Below are positions 52,447-63,206 of a stretch of 64,000 bases of DNA, one piece after another. The stretch is taken from the sequence record DRR378314_409, one strand, 5' to 3'. The notes below the pieces were generated by a model. It ran no database searches, had not been told where the DNA came from, and saw only the letters and a list, made by a program, of their open reading frames with translations. Numbering within the stretch: the first letter of the stretch is position 1; every line of letters begins with the position of its first letter. The position numbers and the translations under genes are program-made.

Positions 52447-53448
52447 ATGGATTCCGTGCCAGACAGCATGACAGCAATTGAAATCAGGGAATTTGGAGGG
52501 CCAGAAAACCTTGTTCCAACAACCCGACCCGTTCCTCAGCCGGGGCATGATGAAGTCCTGATTAAAGTTGCGGCGGCAGGGGTGAACCGCCCGGATGTAC
52601 TGCAACGGCTGGGGGGGTATGCACCGCCTCCAGGGGCCTCTGATCTGCCGGGTCTTGAAGTGGCCGGAACAGTGGTGCAGGTCGGTGATGGCGTGACTAA
52701 ATTCAAAGAGGGGGATAGTGTTTGTGCGCTTGTCGCCGGAGGGGGCTATGCTGAATATTGCGTCGCACCGTGGGCACAGTGTCTATCTGTCCCTGACGGG
52801 TATGATATGGTGAAGGCGGCGGCTGTCCCGGAGACTTATTTCACCGTTTGGACAAACGTGTTTGACAGAGGTCGTCTAAACGGCGGTGAGACTTTCCTTG
52901 TCCATGGCGGAGCAAGCGGAATTGGAACAACCGCGATTCAATTGGCTAAATCCTTCGGTGCCCGCGTGTTCGCGACGGCTTCTACCGACGAAAAATGCCG
53001 CGAGATAGAGAAGCTTGGCGCTGAACGGGGTATTAATTATAAATCCGAAGATTTTGTTGAAGTTGTTAAGGAGCTGACGGAATCAAAAGGAGTTGATCTG
53101 ATCCTTGATATGGTTGGCGGCGACTATATTCAGCGAAATATCTCGGCCTTGGCTGTCGAAGGACGCCTAGTGTATATTGCCTTCCTGGGCGGTCCCAAGG
53201 CAGAGGTCAATTTTGCTCCGGTTATGTTGAAAAGATTGACGATTACCGGCTCAACCTTGCGGCCACAGTCAATTCAGGCCAAGGCAGATATTGCCAATAG
53301 TCTTGAAACTAAAGTGTGGCCTCTTTTAAATTCAGGTGCCGTTTCACCTGTAATTGACAGCGTCTACTCCCTTGAGGAAGCTGCAGAAGCCCACAAGAGG
53401 ATTGATGATTCTGGGCATATTGGTAAAATCATGTTAAAGGTCGGCTGA
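52447..53448 (+). CDS. NAD(P)H-quinone oxidoreductase, PIG3 family
   Basis: GVNRPDVLQR, HGGASGIG and GSTLRP motifs. Confidence 0.93.
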   Translation: MDSVPDSMTAIEIREFGGPENLVPTTRPVPQPGHDEVLIKVAAAGVNRPDVLQRLGGYAPPPGASDLPGLEVAGTVVQVGDGVTKFKEGDSVCALVAGGGYAEYCVAPWAQCLSVPDGYDMVKAAAVPETYFTVWTNVFDRGRLNGGETFLVHGGASGIGTTAIQLAKSFGARVFATASTDEKCREIEKLGAERGINYKSEDFVEVVKELTESKGVDLILDMVGGDYIQRNISALAVEGRLVYIAFLGGPKAEVNFAPVMLKRLTITGSTLRPQSIQAKADIANSLETKVWPLLNSGAVSPVIDSVYSLEEAAEAHKRIDDSGHIGKIMLKVG

Positions 53449-53594
53449 TTTTAATCGAGCTAGTGGGTTTGGTTCAGTCGCAAAACAAACGACTATCTAC
53501 GTTCCAAACCCTAGACTTAAGCTGATTTTTCATCCATATATACAGCAATGATATGTGAGATGACCGAATTCCGGTCATCATGTGAGGAGAAGAG

Positions 53595-54371
53595 ATGTCA
53601 TCACCATTGATGCCAACCGCAACAGCCGTCTGGTTGATTGATAATACAAGTCTGACCTTTAATCAGATTGGTGAGTTTTGTGGTATGCACCCGGCGCAGG
53701 TCCAGGGCATTGCCGATGGTGAAGTGTCCGTCGGTATTGTCGGTCGTGACCCGATCGCAAACGGTGAGTTGAGCCAGGAAGAAATTGATCGCTGCCAGAA
53801 TGACGAAAATGGTAAGCTGGTGTTGAGCAACCCAGTTGCGGATGTGCCGCAGCCGCGCCGTCGGGGTGGGCGATATACGCCAGTTTCACGCCGGGGTGAT
53901 CGCCCTGACGCCATTGCCTGGTTGATCAAGTTTCACCCAGAATTGCCAGATTCCAAAATTGGCAAACTGTTGGGGACAACAAAAACAACGATCATGGCTG
54001 TGCGGGAGAAATCCCACTGGAATAGTCAGAATATAAAGCCACGCGATCCTGTTAGTTTGGGTATTTGCACGCAAATAGAACTGGATGAGACGGTACGTGC
54101 TTTCTCTCATCTTCGAAACGAAGAAGATACGGATAAGCTGATGGAGGAAGTGAAGGCTTCTGTAGCTGCAGATGCAGCTTCAATTCCTCTCACTCCTTAT
54201 GAGCGTAAGAAGCAGGAGATGCAAAAAGAAGAAACTTACGACCATCGTGCAGAAGCAGAAGCCGTATTCGGCAAATCCTCAGAGGAGGATGTCGAGGAAG
54301 GTGATGACAGAGCGCATGCAAAAGCAGATGCAGTCAAGGATTTTGAGAAATTGTTCAAATCTAAAGACTGA
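53595..54371 (+). CDS. trcR: DUF1013 / TrcR-family transcriptional regulator
   Basis: PLMP.ATAVWL.DNT.L.F.QI..FC, RYTP and HWN motifs. Confidence 0.85.
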   Translation: MSSPLMPTATAVWLIDNTSLTFNQIGEFCGMHPAQVQGIADGEVSVGIVGRDPIANGELSQEEIDRCQNDENGKLVLSNPVADVPQPRRRGGRYTPVSRRGDRPDAIAWLIKFHPELPDSKIGKLLGTTKTTIMAVREKSHWNSQNIKPRDPVSLGICTQIELDETVRAFSHLRNEEDTDKLMEEVKASVAADAASIPLTPYERKKQEMQKEETYDHRAEAEAVFGKSSEEDVEEGDDRAHAKADAVKDFEKLFKSKD

Positions 54372-54391
54372 TAAATATGCGCGATCAATTG

Positions 54392-54424
54392 AAAAAGCCG
54401 TGACGAATTGCCACGGCTTTTTTT
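54392..54424 (+). terminator. intrinsic terminator
   Basis: AAAAAGCCGTG...CACGGCTTTTTTT. Confidence 0.85.
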
Positions 54425-54527
54425 ATGACTAAACGTTGAAAAATGGTGCTCTACCGCGCAATATAAACAAAAAATAACGAATATTGAGGGCCTGCCATAA
54501 CAGGTGTTATTTGGAGGGAATGGGGAC

Positions 54528-56429
54528 ATGCCGACTTTTGAAGAAGATTATGCGTATTCGCTTAGTGATCCGGAAGGGTTTTGGGCAAATGCCGCAGAGG
54601 GAATCTCTTGGCATAAAAAGTGGGATCGTGTGCTTAATTTTGACAATCCACCCTTCTTTAAATGGTTCGAAGGCGGAGAGCTGAACACCTGTTACAATTG
54701 TTTGGATCGTCACGTGGAAAATGGCCGGGGTGATCAAACGGCCCTGATTTATGATAGCCCGATGACAGGTCAGGTCCAGAAATTCACCTATCGGGAATTG
54801 ACTGACCGGGTTGCTTATTTTGCAGGCGGGCTGGCTAAGCTTGGTGTGACCAAAGGGGACCGTGTCATTATTTATATGCCAATGGTCCCAGAAGCTGCGA
54901 TGGCAATGCTGGCTTGCGCCCGAATTGGTGCAATTCACTCTGTTGTCTTTGGAGGGTTTGCCGCAAAAGAGTTGGCGACGCGAATAGACGATGCCAAACC
55001 AGTCGCCATGATTGCTGGATCCTGTGGATTGGAGCCAGGCCGGACAATCAAATATAAACCATTGCTGGATAAGGCGATCGAGCTTTCAGCGCACAAACCC
55101 TCTCATTGTATAGTTTTACAGCGGCCTGAGTGTCCGGCGGATCTGACGCAGGAGCAAGATGTCGACTGGGCAGAAGTTGAAGCCTGTGATGAGCCTGCGG
55201 CATGTGTTGCAGTGAAATCAACTGATCCGCTTTATATTCTTTATACATCTGGCACAACCGGTGTTCCAAAAGGTGTGGTCCGTGATAACGGGGGACACGC
55301 CGTCGCGCTGAATTGGTCTATGAAGCATGTCTATGATATCTCACCTGGGGACGTGTTTTGGGCGGCTTCCGATGTCGGCTGGGTTGTTGGCCACTCTTAT
55401 ATTGTGTATGCCCCCCTCCTTTATGGGGCGACGACAATCCTGTTTGAGGGAAAACCCGTCGGAACTCCCGATGCGGGGACTTACTGGCGTGTAATTCAGG
55501 ATCACAACGTTTCTGTTCTCTTTACTGCGCCGACAGCCTTTCGGGCGATCAAACAGCAAGATCCAAAAGGTCTCTTAATTGGGGATTATGATCTCAGTCA
55601 CTTCCGGATCCTGTTCCTTGCTGGAGAACGCGCAGATCCGGATACAATCACATGGGCGCAAGACCAACTGAAGGTGCCTGTTTTGGATCACTGGTGGCAA
55701 ACTGAAACGGGGTGGCCAATGGGGGCGAACTGCGCGGGTTATGGCATCAAGCCTGTAAAGCTTGGGAGCCCGACGTTGCCGGTTCCCGGATATGAAATTC
55801 ACGTGATGGATGAAGTTGATGGAAAGACAGAGTTAGAGCGCGGGAAAATTGGGGAGATTGCCGTAAAGCTGCCATTGCCCCCAGGCGGCCTGCCGACCCT
55901 TTGGCATAATGACGAAGGATTCAAGAAATCTTACATGTCTGACATACCTGGTTATTATAAAACTGGTGATGCAGGTTTTATTGATGACGATGGATATTTG
56001 TTCATTATGGCCAGAACTGACGACATTATTAATGTTGCAGGTCATCGCCTATCCACCGGAGGGATGGAGGAGGTTCTTGCCAGTCACGCCGATGTTGCAG
56101 AATGTGCTGTGATCGGGGTTGCTGATGAGGTTAAAGGGCAGATCCCATTTGGTTTCGTGGTAATGAATGCCGGTGTTGATCGCGATGCCGGGGAAATCGA
56201 GAAAGAGCTTGTGGCGTTGGTGCGGGAAAAAATCGGACCGGTCGCTGCTTTTAAACATGCCCTACCTGTAAAGCGGTTACCAAAGACGCGATCTGGGAAA
56301 ATCCTGCGGGCAATTATGCGTAAAATAGCGGATGGTGAGCCTTTCAAGGACCCTGCGACGATCGATGATCCTGCTATTCTGGGTGAAATTAAAGACGTTC
56401 TTGCAAGTGTTGGATATCCGCAGTCATAA
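54528..56429 (+). CDS. prpE: propionyl-CoA synthetase
   Basis: YTSGTTGVPKG, DHWWQTETG, NVAGHRLST and PKTRSGKILR motifs. Confidence 0.88.
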   Translation: MPTFEEDYAYSLSDPEGFWANAAEGISWHKKWDRVLNFDNPPFFKWFEGGELNTCYNCLDRHVENGRGDQTALIYDSPMTGQVQKFTYRELTDRVAYFAGGLAKLGVTKGDRVIIYMPMVPEAAMAMLACARIGAIHSVVFGGFAAKELATRIDDAKPVAMIAGSCGLEPGRTIKYKPLLDKAIELSAHKPSHCIVLQRPECPADLTQEQDVDWAEVEACDEPAACVAVKSTDPLYILYTSGTTGVPKGVVRDNGGHAVALNWSMKHVYDISPGDVFWAASDVGWVVGHSYIVYAPLLYGATTILFEGKPVGTPDAGTYWRVIQDHNVSVLFTAPTAFRAIKQQDPKGLLIGDYDLSHFRILFLAGERADPDTITWAQDQLKVPVLDHWWQTETGWPMGANCAGYGIKPVKLGSPTLPVPGYEIHVMDEVDGKTELERGKIGEIAVKLPLPPGGLPTLWHNDEGFKKSYMSDIPGYYKTGDAGFIDDDGYLFIMARTDDIINVAGHRLSTGGMEEVLASHADVAECAVIGVADEVKGQIPFGFVVMNAGVDRDAGEIEKELVALVREKIGPVAAFKHALPVKRLPKTRSGKILRAIMRKIADGEPFKDPATIDDPAILGEIKDVLASVGYPQS

Positions 56430-56457
56430 ACTGAAGTTTTCCAATCTAAACGTGATG

Positions 56458-56486
56458 AAAAAGCCCTCGTTCAGAGGGCTTTTTTG
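56458..56486 (+). terminator. intrinsic terminator
   Basis: AAAAAGCCCTC-loop-GAGGGCTTTTTT. Confidence 0.85.
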
Positions 56487-56750
56487 ATTCAATAATGGCA
56501 TGGTATTTGGATTTTAACCTCTAAATTGACCATTAGGGTCAATAATGTAATGAAAAAATTACATAAGTGTACGGTAAGGATAACAGCTATTTAGATGGTT
56601 AATAGGTAAAATTTGATAAGAATTGCAGCGACTTGTCTTGACAGGTTGGGATGAAAGATGGTTTTAACAGGTTAATTAGTTGCTTATCTTTTAAACGATT
56701 AGGGGAATCTCTGCCTAAGTGTTCTCACTGAAATCAGAGGTTTTTTGGAC

Positions 56751-57443
56751 ATGAAAAAGCTTACCACCCTCTTTGCTGTTGCGGGCACAGCGCTTCTGCT
56801 GGCAGCTCCCGCCCAGGCCATCACTACTTTTGCGACAAATGTATATGTTGATCCAGGTGTTCGGACCGATGGGAACGACAACGAACCCGGTCGCGATAAT
56901 CCATCCAATGCTTTAGGCAACCCGGGCGACGATTTCTGGAGCATGGGTCGCGGCGGTATTTCCGTTTTTGCGTTTAGCCCCCCCAACACTTTTAATGAAG
57001 GTGTCGTCACAATCGAAGAAACATTCGGTTGCTCCACTGTAGTGAACGGTCAGTGTAGTAATTACGCCGAGAGTGCCAATTTGTTCGTATATGATGGTGT
57101 GATAGACTTTAACCTATATGATACTGGAGATGAATTTGGTCCAGAGGGTGCCACTAAATATGACTTCAGCTCTTTGTTTTCTGACATTGACGAAACATTT
57201 GTTGGCGAAGTGAATAATGGTGCTGCAAATGAGTCAAATGACGGTGCGTTTTTTGATCTGAATGCCTTCGGTGGCAATTACTTATATGTAATCCTTCAGG
57301 ATACCTCTTCTTCACCCGATGGATTTGATATTAAAAGCGTAAGCGTTTCTGCAGTTCCGCTACCACCAGCGGTTTTGGCGTTCGGCGCTGCACTTGGTCT
57401 GATGGGCTTTATTGGTCGCCGCCGGAAAAAAGCGGTGAGTTAA
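56751..57443 (+). CDS. VPLPA-CTERM (exosortase-sorted) surface protein
   Basis: Signal peptide (AQA); C-terminal SAVPLPPA + TM + RRRKK. Confidence 0.88.
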   Translation: MKKLTTLFAVAGTALLLAAPAQAITTFATNVYVDPGVRTDGNDNEPGRDNPSNALGNPGDDFWSMGRGGISVFAFSPPNTFNEGVVTIEETFGCSTVVNGQCSNYAESANLFVYDGVIDFNLYDTGDEFGPEGATKYDFSSLFSDIDETFVGEVNNGAANESNDGAFFDLNAFGGNYLYVILQDTSSSPDGFDIKSVSVSAVPLPPAVLAFGAALGLMGFIGRRRKKAVS

Positions 57444-57471
57444 AGCTGATACAACCATTCCAACTGAAGAC

Positions 57472-57504
57472 AAAAAAGCGGCGCTGGGAACAGCGCCGCT
57501 TTTT
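57472..57504. terminator. bidirectional terminator
   Basis: AAAAAAGCGGCGCTG-loop-CAGCGCCGCTTTTT between convergent genes. Confidence 0.9.
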
Positions 57505-57527
57505 ATTTCTTAAGTCTATAATGTGGA

Positions 57528-58001
57528 TTAGACGTATTTCACTTCCAGAATCTCATAGGCTTTTGATCCGCCTGGTGTGGTGACCTCTACGCTGTCGCCT
57601 TGTTCCTTATTCATTAGGGCGCGGGCCAGTGGAGCTTTTAGTGATAGCAATCCTTTTTCAATGTTGCTTTCATCTTCACCGACGATTTGGTAAGTAGATT
57701 CTTCATCAGTATCTTCATCTACAACCAACACAGTGGCGCCAAACTTGATTTGTGCGCCGGTAATGGCAGACACATCGATGACCTCGCTGCGACCCAACTT
57801 GTCTTCCAGCTCCGCGATGCGGCCTTCAATCAGAGACTGTTGTTCTTTTGCAGCGTGATATTCTGCATTTTCTGACAAGTCACCATGTTCGCGAGCCGTT
57901 GCGATAGCTTCAATCACCTGAGGGCGTGAGTTGTTTTTCAGTTCCTTTAGTTCGGCTTCCAGGCTTGCATGGCCCGCCGCTGTAATTGGTAGTCGTTCCA
58001 T
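57528..58001 (-). CDS. greA: transcription elongation factor GreA
   Basis: HGDLSENAEYHAAKE motif. Confidence 0.98.
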   Translation of the reverse strand: MERLPITAAGHASLEAELKELKNNSRPQVIEAIATAREHGDLSENAEYHAAKEQQSLIEGRIAELEDKLGRSEVIDVSAITGAQIKFGATVLVVDEDTDEESTYQIVGEDESNIEKGLLSLKAPLARALMNKEQGDSVEVTTPGGSKAYEILEVKYV

Positions 58002-58092
58002 CAAATTCTCTCAATGCACACATGCGCAGTTAATAACCAATGATGCCCGGCAAAGCCGGGCACCGAATTCACGCTTTCTGTCACTCAAGTCT

Positions 58093-61000
58093 TTAAGAAT
58101 AGGATTGAAGCGGGTTAACTTCAAGTGTTCCTGTCTTAATTTTCTCAATTGCCTGCGCGGTGGCCCGGGCACCTGCAATAGTTGTTGAGTAAGGTGTCTT
58201 CATGACGAGAGCCGTATGACGGATATCATAACTGTCTTTCAGTGCCTGAACACCTTCGGTTGTATTAATGACAAGGGCGATGTCACCATTTTTCATCAGG
58301 TCAACAATATTGGGGCGTCCCTCCATGACCTTATTGATTTGTTCAACCGCCAAACCTTTTTCCTGGAGATAGTTTGCAGTTCCCGATGTTGAAACCAGTT
58401 CCAAGCCGAGGGAAAGGAGTTTTTCCGCCACATCCAGCACCAGGGGTTTATCCAGATCCTTTACAGATATAAAAACCTTGCCTTCTGTTGGCAGGATCAC
58501 GCCTGCTGCCAATTGGCTTTTCAGAAAAGCGGAAGCGAAGTCTTTATCAATGCCCATGACTTCGCCGGTTGATCGCATTTCCGGACCAAGAATGACATCA
58601 ACACCCGGGAAGCGACTGAAAGGGAATACCGCTTCTTTCACAGTGATGTGGTCATGGGTTTTATCTTTCAGATTGAAAGTTGACAGCTTTTCACCAGCCA
58701 TGATGCGGGCCGCTATTTTCGCAATCGGATAGTTGATGCTTTTGGCGACAAAAGGAACTGTACGGCTGGCCCGTGGGTTTACTTCCAAAATGTAGACGGT
58801 GTTTTCTTTAACCGCAAACTGGACATTCATTAAGCCAACCACATGTAGTTCCAAGGCCAAAGCCTTGGATTGGCGGCGGATTTCATCAACAATCTCTGAA
58901 CTGAGTGTGTGAGGTGGCAAGGCGCAGGCGCTGTCACCGGAATGAATTCCAGCTTCTTCAATATGCTCCATGATCCCGGCGACAAAAACCTCTTCACCGT
59001 CGCAAAGGCAATCCACATCAACTTCAATGGCATTCTGAAGGTAACCATCCACAAGGACCGGTGTATCACCGGACACCTGGACGGCCTCCTTCATATAGCG
59101 ATCCAGTTGATCACTGCTTCTGACAATTTCCATTGCCCGGCCCCCTAGGACATAGGATGGGCGAACAACCACAGGATAACCAATCCGTTCAGCAATGGCG
59201 AAAGCCTCTTCAACAGAGCGGGCGATCCCGTTATCCGGTTGGATCAATTTTAGTTTATGTAAAAGCTGTTGGAAGCGTTCCCGGTCTTCTGCCAGATCAA
59301 TCGCATCAGGAGATGTGCCGAGGATTGGAATTCCAGCAGCTTCGAGGCCTGCGGCTAGTTTTAGAGGGGTCTGCCCTCCAAACTGGACAATTACGCCGTG
59401 TAATATTCCGCGGGATTGCTCTCTTTTCAGGACGGCTAGTGTGTCTTCGACCGTTAGGGGCTCAAAGTACAACCGATCTGATGTGTCATAGTCGGTTGAA
59501 ACCGTTTCAGGGTTGCAGTTGACCATGATTGTTTCATAGCCGGCCTCTTCCAAGGCATAGGCCGCATGAACACAGCAATAATCAAACTCAATCCCCTGAC
59601 CGATCCGGTTAGGGCCACCGCCTAAAATAGCGACTTTTTTACGATCCGTTGGTTCCGCCTCACAAACAGCTTCATCCCATTCGTTACCTTCATAGGTCGA
59701 GTAAAGATAAGGCGTCTGAGAAGTAAATTCACCTGCGCATGTATCAATCCGTTTATAAACAGGTTGAATGCCCAATGACACTCGAAGACCCGCAACTGTT
59801 TCTACTTTCTCACCTGTGAGTTCTGCAATTCGGTCGTCGCTGAAACCCATTTTTTTCAAGTGCAATAGGCCACCTTTAGACCTTGGTAGTCCTTTGTCTT
59901 TGATGATTTTTTCAATCTGCACCAGATTTTTAATTTGAGAGAGGAACCAGGGCTCATATTTGCTGGCGCGCTGAATTTCCTCCAGGTTCAAGCCTCTGCG
60001 GAAAGCTTCAGCAATATTCAAAAGTCGATTTGGGGTGCTTTGGGCGAGCAGGTTCATAATTTCCTGCTTATCGTCACTCATGTCCTGCTCATTCAGGCCG
60101 GTCAGCCCGGTTTCCAGAGAGCGAAGTGCTTTTTGCAGGGATTCGGCAAAGGTCCGACCAACGGCCATGGCTTCGCCTACGGATTTCATCGCTGTACCAA
60201 GTGTGGCCTGTGCTCCTGGGAATTTTTCGAAGGTAAACCGAGGGATCTTGGTAACCACATAATCAATCGTCGGCTCAAATGAAGCGGGAGTAACGCCAGT
60301 AATGTCATTGTCCAGCTCATCAAGTGTATAGCCAACAGCAAGCTTGGCAGCGATTTTTGCGATTGGGAACCCGGTTGCCTTGGATGCTAACGCACTGGAG
60401 CGGGAGACCCTGGGGTTCATTTCAATTATGATCAGACGTCCGTTTTCCGGATTAACCGCAAATTGTACGTTTGATCCACCTGTTTCCACCCCAATTTCCC
60501 GTAACACTGCAAGGGAGGCATTTCTCATGATCTGATATTCTTTATCAGTCAGTGTTAGCGCCGGTGCGACAGTAATCGAGTCGCCCGTATGAACCCCCAT
60601 AGGGTCCACATTCTCGATAGAACAGATAATGATACAGTTATCCGCTTTGTCCCGGACAACTTCCATTTCATATTCTTTCCATCCAACGATGCTTTCCTCG
60701 ATCAGCACCTCAGTGGTGGGAGAGGCATCGAGGCCTGAGGAAACAATCGTTTCAAACTCTTCCTTGTTGTAGGCAATGCCACCGCCGGTGCCGCCAAGTG
60801 TAAAGGACGGCCGAATGATGCAGGGAAGATGGACTTCTTCCAGTGCAGTCCAGGCCTCATCCATGGTATGGGCAATCCGGCTTTCAGGCATGTCGAGGCC
60901 AATTTTTTGCATGGCGATCCGGAATTTGTCCCGATCTTCTGCTTTTTCAATGGCCTCACGGTTAGCGCCAATCAGTTGAATGCCAAGACGCTCAAGGGTT

Positions 61001-61317
61001 CCTCTGTCGGCAAGTGCGAGAGCCGTGTTCAGCGCCGTCTGGCCACCCATGGTGGGGAGGAGGGCATCTGGACGTTCTTTTTCAAGAATTTTTTCGACGA
61101 ATTCCGGTGTGATGGGCTCCACATAGGTTGCGTCAGCCTGTTCCGGGTCGGTCATAATTGTCGCCGGGTTGGAGTTTACCAGAATGACCCGGTAGCCCTC
61201 TTCTTTCAGGGCTTTGCACGCCTGAGTTCCGGAATAATCAAACTCGCAGGCCTGGCCGATGATAATCGGTCCAGCACCAATGATCATTATGGATTGAATG
61301 TCTGTACGTTTAGGCAT
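58093..61317 (-). CDS. carB: carbamoyl-phosphate synthase large subunit
   Basis: [17 protein letters not shown], duplicated ATP-grasp domains, MGS domain. Confidence 0.99.
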   Translation of the reverse strand: MPKRTDIQSIMIIGAGPIIIGQACEFDYSGTQACKALKEEGYRVILVNSNPATIMTDPEQADATYVEPITPEFVEKILEKERPDALLPTMGGQTALNTALALADRGTLERLGIQLIGANREAIEKAEDRDKFRIAMQKIGLDMPESRIAHTMDEAWTALEEVHLPCIIRPSFTLGGTGGGIAYNKEEFETIVSSGLDASPTTEVLIEESIVGWKEYEMEVVRDKADNCIIICSIENVDPMGVHTGDSITVAPALTLTDKEYQIMRNASLAVLREIGVETGGSNVQFAVNPENGRLIIIEMNPRVSRSSALASKATGFPIAKIAAKLAVGYTLDELDNDITGVTPASFEPTIDYVVTKIPRFTFEKFPGAQATLGTAMKSVGEAMAVGRTFAESLQKALRSLETGLTGLNEQDMSDDKQEIMNLLAQSTPNRLLNIAEAFRRGLNLEEIQRASKYEPWFLSQIKNLVQIEKIIKDKGLPRSKGGLLHLKKMGFSDDRIAELTGEKVETVAGLRVSLGIQPVYKRIDTCAGEFTSQTPYLYSTYEGNEWDEAVCEAEPTDRKKVAILGGGPNRIGQGIEFDYCCVHAAYALEEAGYETIMVNCNPETVSTDYDTSDRLYFEPLTVEDTLAVLKREQSRGILHGVIVQFGGQTPLKLAAGLEAAGIPILGTSPDAIDLAEDRERFQQLLHKLKLIQPDNGIARSVEEAFAIAERIGYPVVVRPSYVLGGRAMEIVRSSDQLDRYMKEAVQVSGDTPVLVDGYLQNAIEVDVDCLCDGEEVFVAGIMEHIEEAGIHSGDSACALPPHTLSSEIVDEIRRQSKALALELHVVGLMNVQFAVKENTVYILEVNPRASRTVPFVAKSINYPIAKIAARIMAGEKLSTFNLKDKTHDHITVKEAVFPFSRFPGVDVILGPEMRSTGEVMGIDKDFASAFLKSQLAAGVILPTEGKVFISVKDLDKPLVLDVAEKLLSLGLELVSTSGTANYLQEKGLAVEQINKVMEGRPNIVDLMKNGDIALVINTTEGVQALKDSYDIRHTALVMKTPYSTTIAGARATAQAIEKIKTGTLEVNPLQSYS

Positions 61318-62485
61318 GGGCATCCACCATATCTACAAAGCGTTGGAACAGGTAATAGCTATCTTGTGGGCCAGGACTGGCCTCTGGGTGATATTGAACA
61401 GAGAAGACAGGCTTGCCGTCCAGTTTGATCCCTTCAACCACGCCATCAAAGAGGGATTTATGTGTTTCGGTAACGCCGTCAGGCAAGCTCTCACGCTTGA
61501 CCACAAACCCATGGTTTTGAGAGGTGATTTCAACCTTACCGGTTTCAAGGTCCTTGACCGGTTGGTTGGCGCCACGGTGACCTTGCGGCATCTTCATGGT
61601 TTCTGCTCCAACCGCAATTGCCAGCATTTGATGACCAAGACAAATGCCAAAAGTCGGAATACCACTTTCAATGCATTTTTGAATTACCGGAACAGCGTAT
61701 TCGCCTGTCGCAGCCGGATCCCCTGGACCATTGGCCAGAAAAATTCCATCCGGTTTATGGGAAGAAATGTCTTCGAAGCTCGCCGTTGCGGGAACAACCG
61801 TGACCTCACAGCCAAGGGATGCCAGACATCTCAGGATGTTTTGTTTAACCCCATAATCGACGGCAACAATGTGGCGTTTTTTGTCGGTGGCGTTTCCATA
61901 GCCTTGATCAAGCTGCCATTTTGTTTCAGTCCATTTATAATTTTCCTTTGTGGAAACGTCCTTGGCGAGATCCATGCCCTCAAGGCCCGGCCATTCGGCG
62001 GCTTTCTTCTGTAGGGCCTCAATATCAAATTCGCCGCTTGGGTTATGCGCAATAACGCCGTTAGGTGCGCCGAGTTCGCGGATAACGTGGGTCAATCGCC
62101 GGGTATCTATTCCAGAAATACCAACCAGATCTCGCTCAATCAGCCAGGTGTTCAAATTGTCAATGGCTCGCCAGTTGGCCGGGTCGGTTATATCTGCGCG
62201 GACAATCAAACCGTTGGCGGCACTGCCTTTGGTCTCGATATCTTCCTCGTTAAACCCGACATTTCCAATATGGGGAAATGTGAAGGTGATAAGCTGACCG
62301 GCGAAAGAAGGATCTGTCAGGCTTTCCTGATATCCCGTCATTGAGGTATTAAAGCAGACCTCCCCAATGGTTTCGCCTGTTTTTCCGATGCCAAAACCGT
62401 GGAATACGGTCCCATCGCTTAAGACCAAGACACCGGTTGGCGTCCGATCTTCATATAAATCTGATGCGTTGATTGGTTTAGACAT
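61310..62485 (-). CDS. carA: carbamoyl-phosphate synthase small subunit
   Basis: [23 protein letters not shown] and [10 protein letters not shown] motifs. Confidence 0.98.
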   Translation of the reverse strand: MSKPINASDLYEDRTPTGVLVLSDGTVFHGFGIGKTGETIGEVCFNTSMTGYQESLTDPSFAGQLITFTFPHIGNVGFNEEDIETKGSAANGLIVRADITDPANWRAIDNLNTWLIERDLVGISGIDTRRLTHVIRELGAPNGVIAHNPSGEFDIEALQKKAAEWPGLEGMDLAKDVSTKENYKWTETKWQLDQGYGNATDKKRHIVAVDYGVKQNILRCLASLGCEVTVVPATASFEDISSHKPDGIFLANGPGDPAATGEYAVPVIQKCIESGIPTFGICLGHQMLAIAVGAETMKMPQGHRGANQPVKDLETGKVEITSQNHGFVVKRESLPDGVTETHKSLFDGVVEGIKLDGKPVFSVQYHPEASPGPQDSYYLFQRFVDMVDAHA

Positions 62486-62693
62486 GCCTTTAGGGACCCC
62501 CTGCATAAAACGCTGGGCCTCAATCCTTCTGCCGATATGAATATTGACGCGGGAAGATAGGGTAAACTCCGCTTGCCGTCAAGTTCTTCCTTATAAAATT
62601 AACCCTTTAAAATCAATGGCTTAGGCAGAAAAATTGGTTTGCTAAATTTAGGCGGTTGGGTTACTATGGCCGCTTTCCTTGGCGACAATGTAA

Positions 62694-63158
62694 ATGAATA
62701 TGTTACGTATCCAACTTAAAGACTCCCTAAAAGACGCAATGAAATCAAAGGACAAGCGGAAGATCTCCACTTTGCGCCTGATCCTTGCGACGCTTCATGA
62801 CCGTGATATTGCGGCTCGTGAAAATGGTTCTGATGAGGGAATCGGTGATGACGAAATTCTGCGGATGCTGACGACGATGGTTCGCCAGCGCAAAGATTCG
62901 ATTGCTGCCTATGAAGAAGGGGGTCGGATTGATCTCGCCAATTCTGAGCAGGAAGAGATTACGGTTATCACCGAATTTTTGCCCAAGCAGTTTGATGAAG
63001 ATGAAATCAAAGCGGCTATTCAGGAGACAATCTCTGATATTGGCGCTGAAGGTTTGAAAGACATGGGTAAGACCATGGGGGCTTTGAAAAGCAAATATGC
63101 CGGTAAAATGGATTTTGCAAAGGCCAGTGCGCTCGTAAAAGCGGAACTTGGTGCTTAG
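62694..63158 (+). CDS. GatB/YqeY domain protein
   Basis: LKDAMK..LRLI, YEEGGRIDLA..E, FLPKQ, DMGK. Confidence 0.92.
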   Translation: MNMLRIQLKDSLKDAMKSKDKRKISTLRLILATLHDRDIAARENGSDEGIGDDEILRMLTTMVRQRKDSIAAYEEGGRIDLANSEQEEITVITEFLPKQFDEDEIKAAIQETISDIGAEGLKDMGKTMGALKSKYAGKMDFAKASALVKAELGA

Positions 63159-63206
63159 CATCATTTTCTATGCGCCTACGGGTTTCAAAAGCGTAAGGGG
63201 TGGCTA

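Noticed and set aside
58044-58062. GC hairpin between carB and greA as an attenuator
   Set aside because: No U-tract on the coding strand, so evidence is insufficient
60829-62014. Long antisense ORFs opposite carB/carA (similar ones opposite petB, qmcA and gcvA)
   Set aside because: Shadow frames of highly conserved genes, with no motifs or SD sequences
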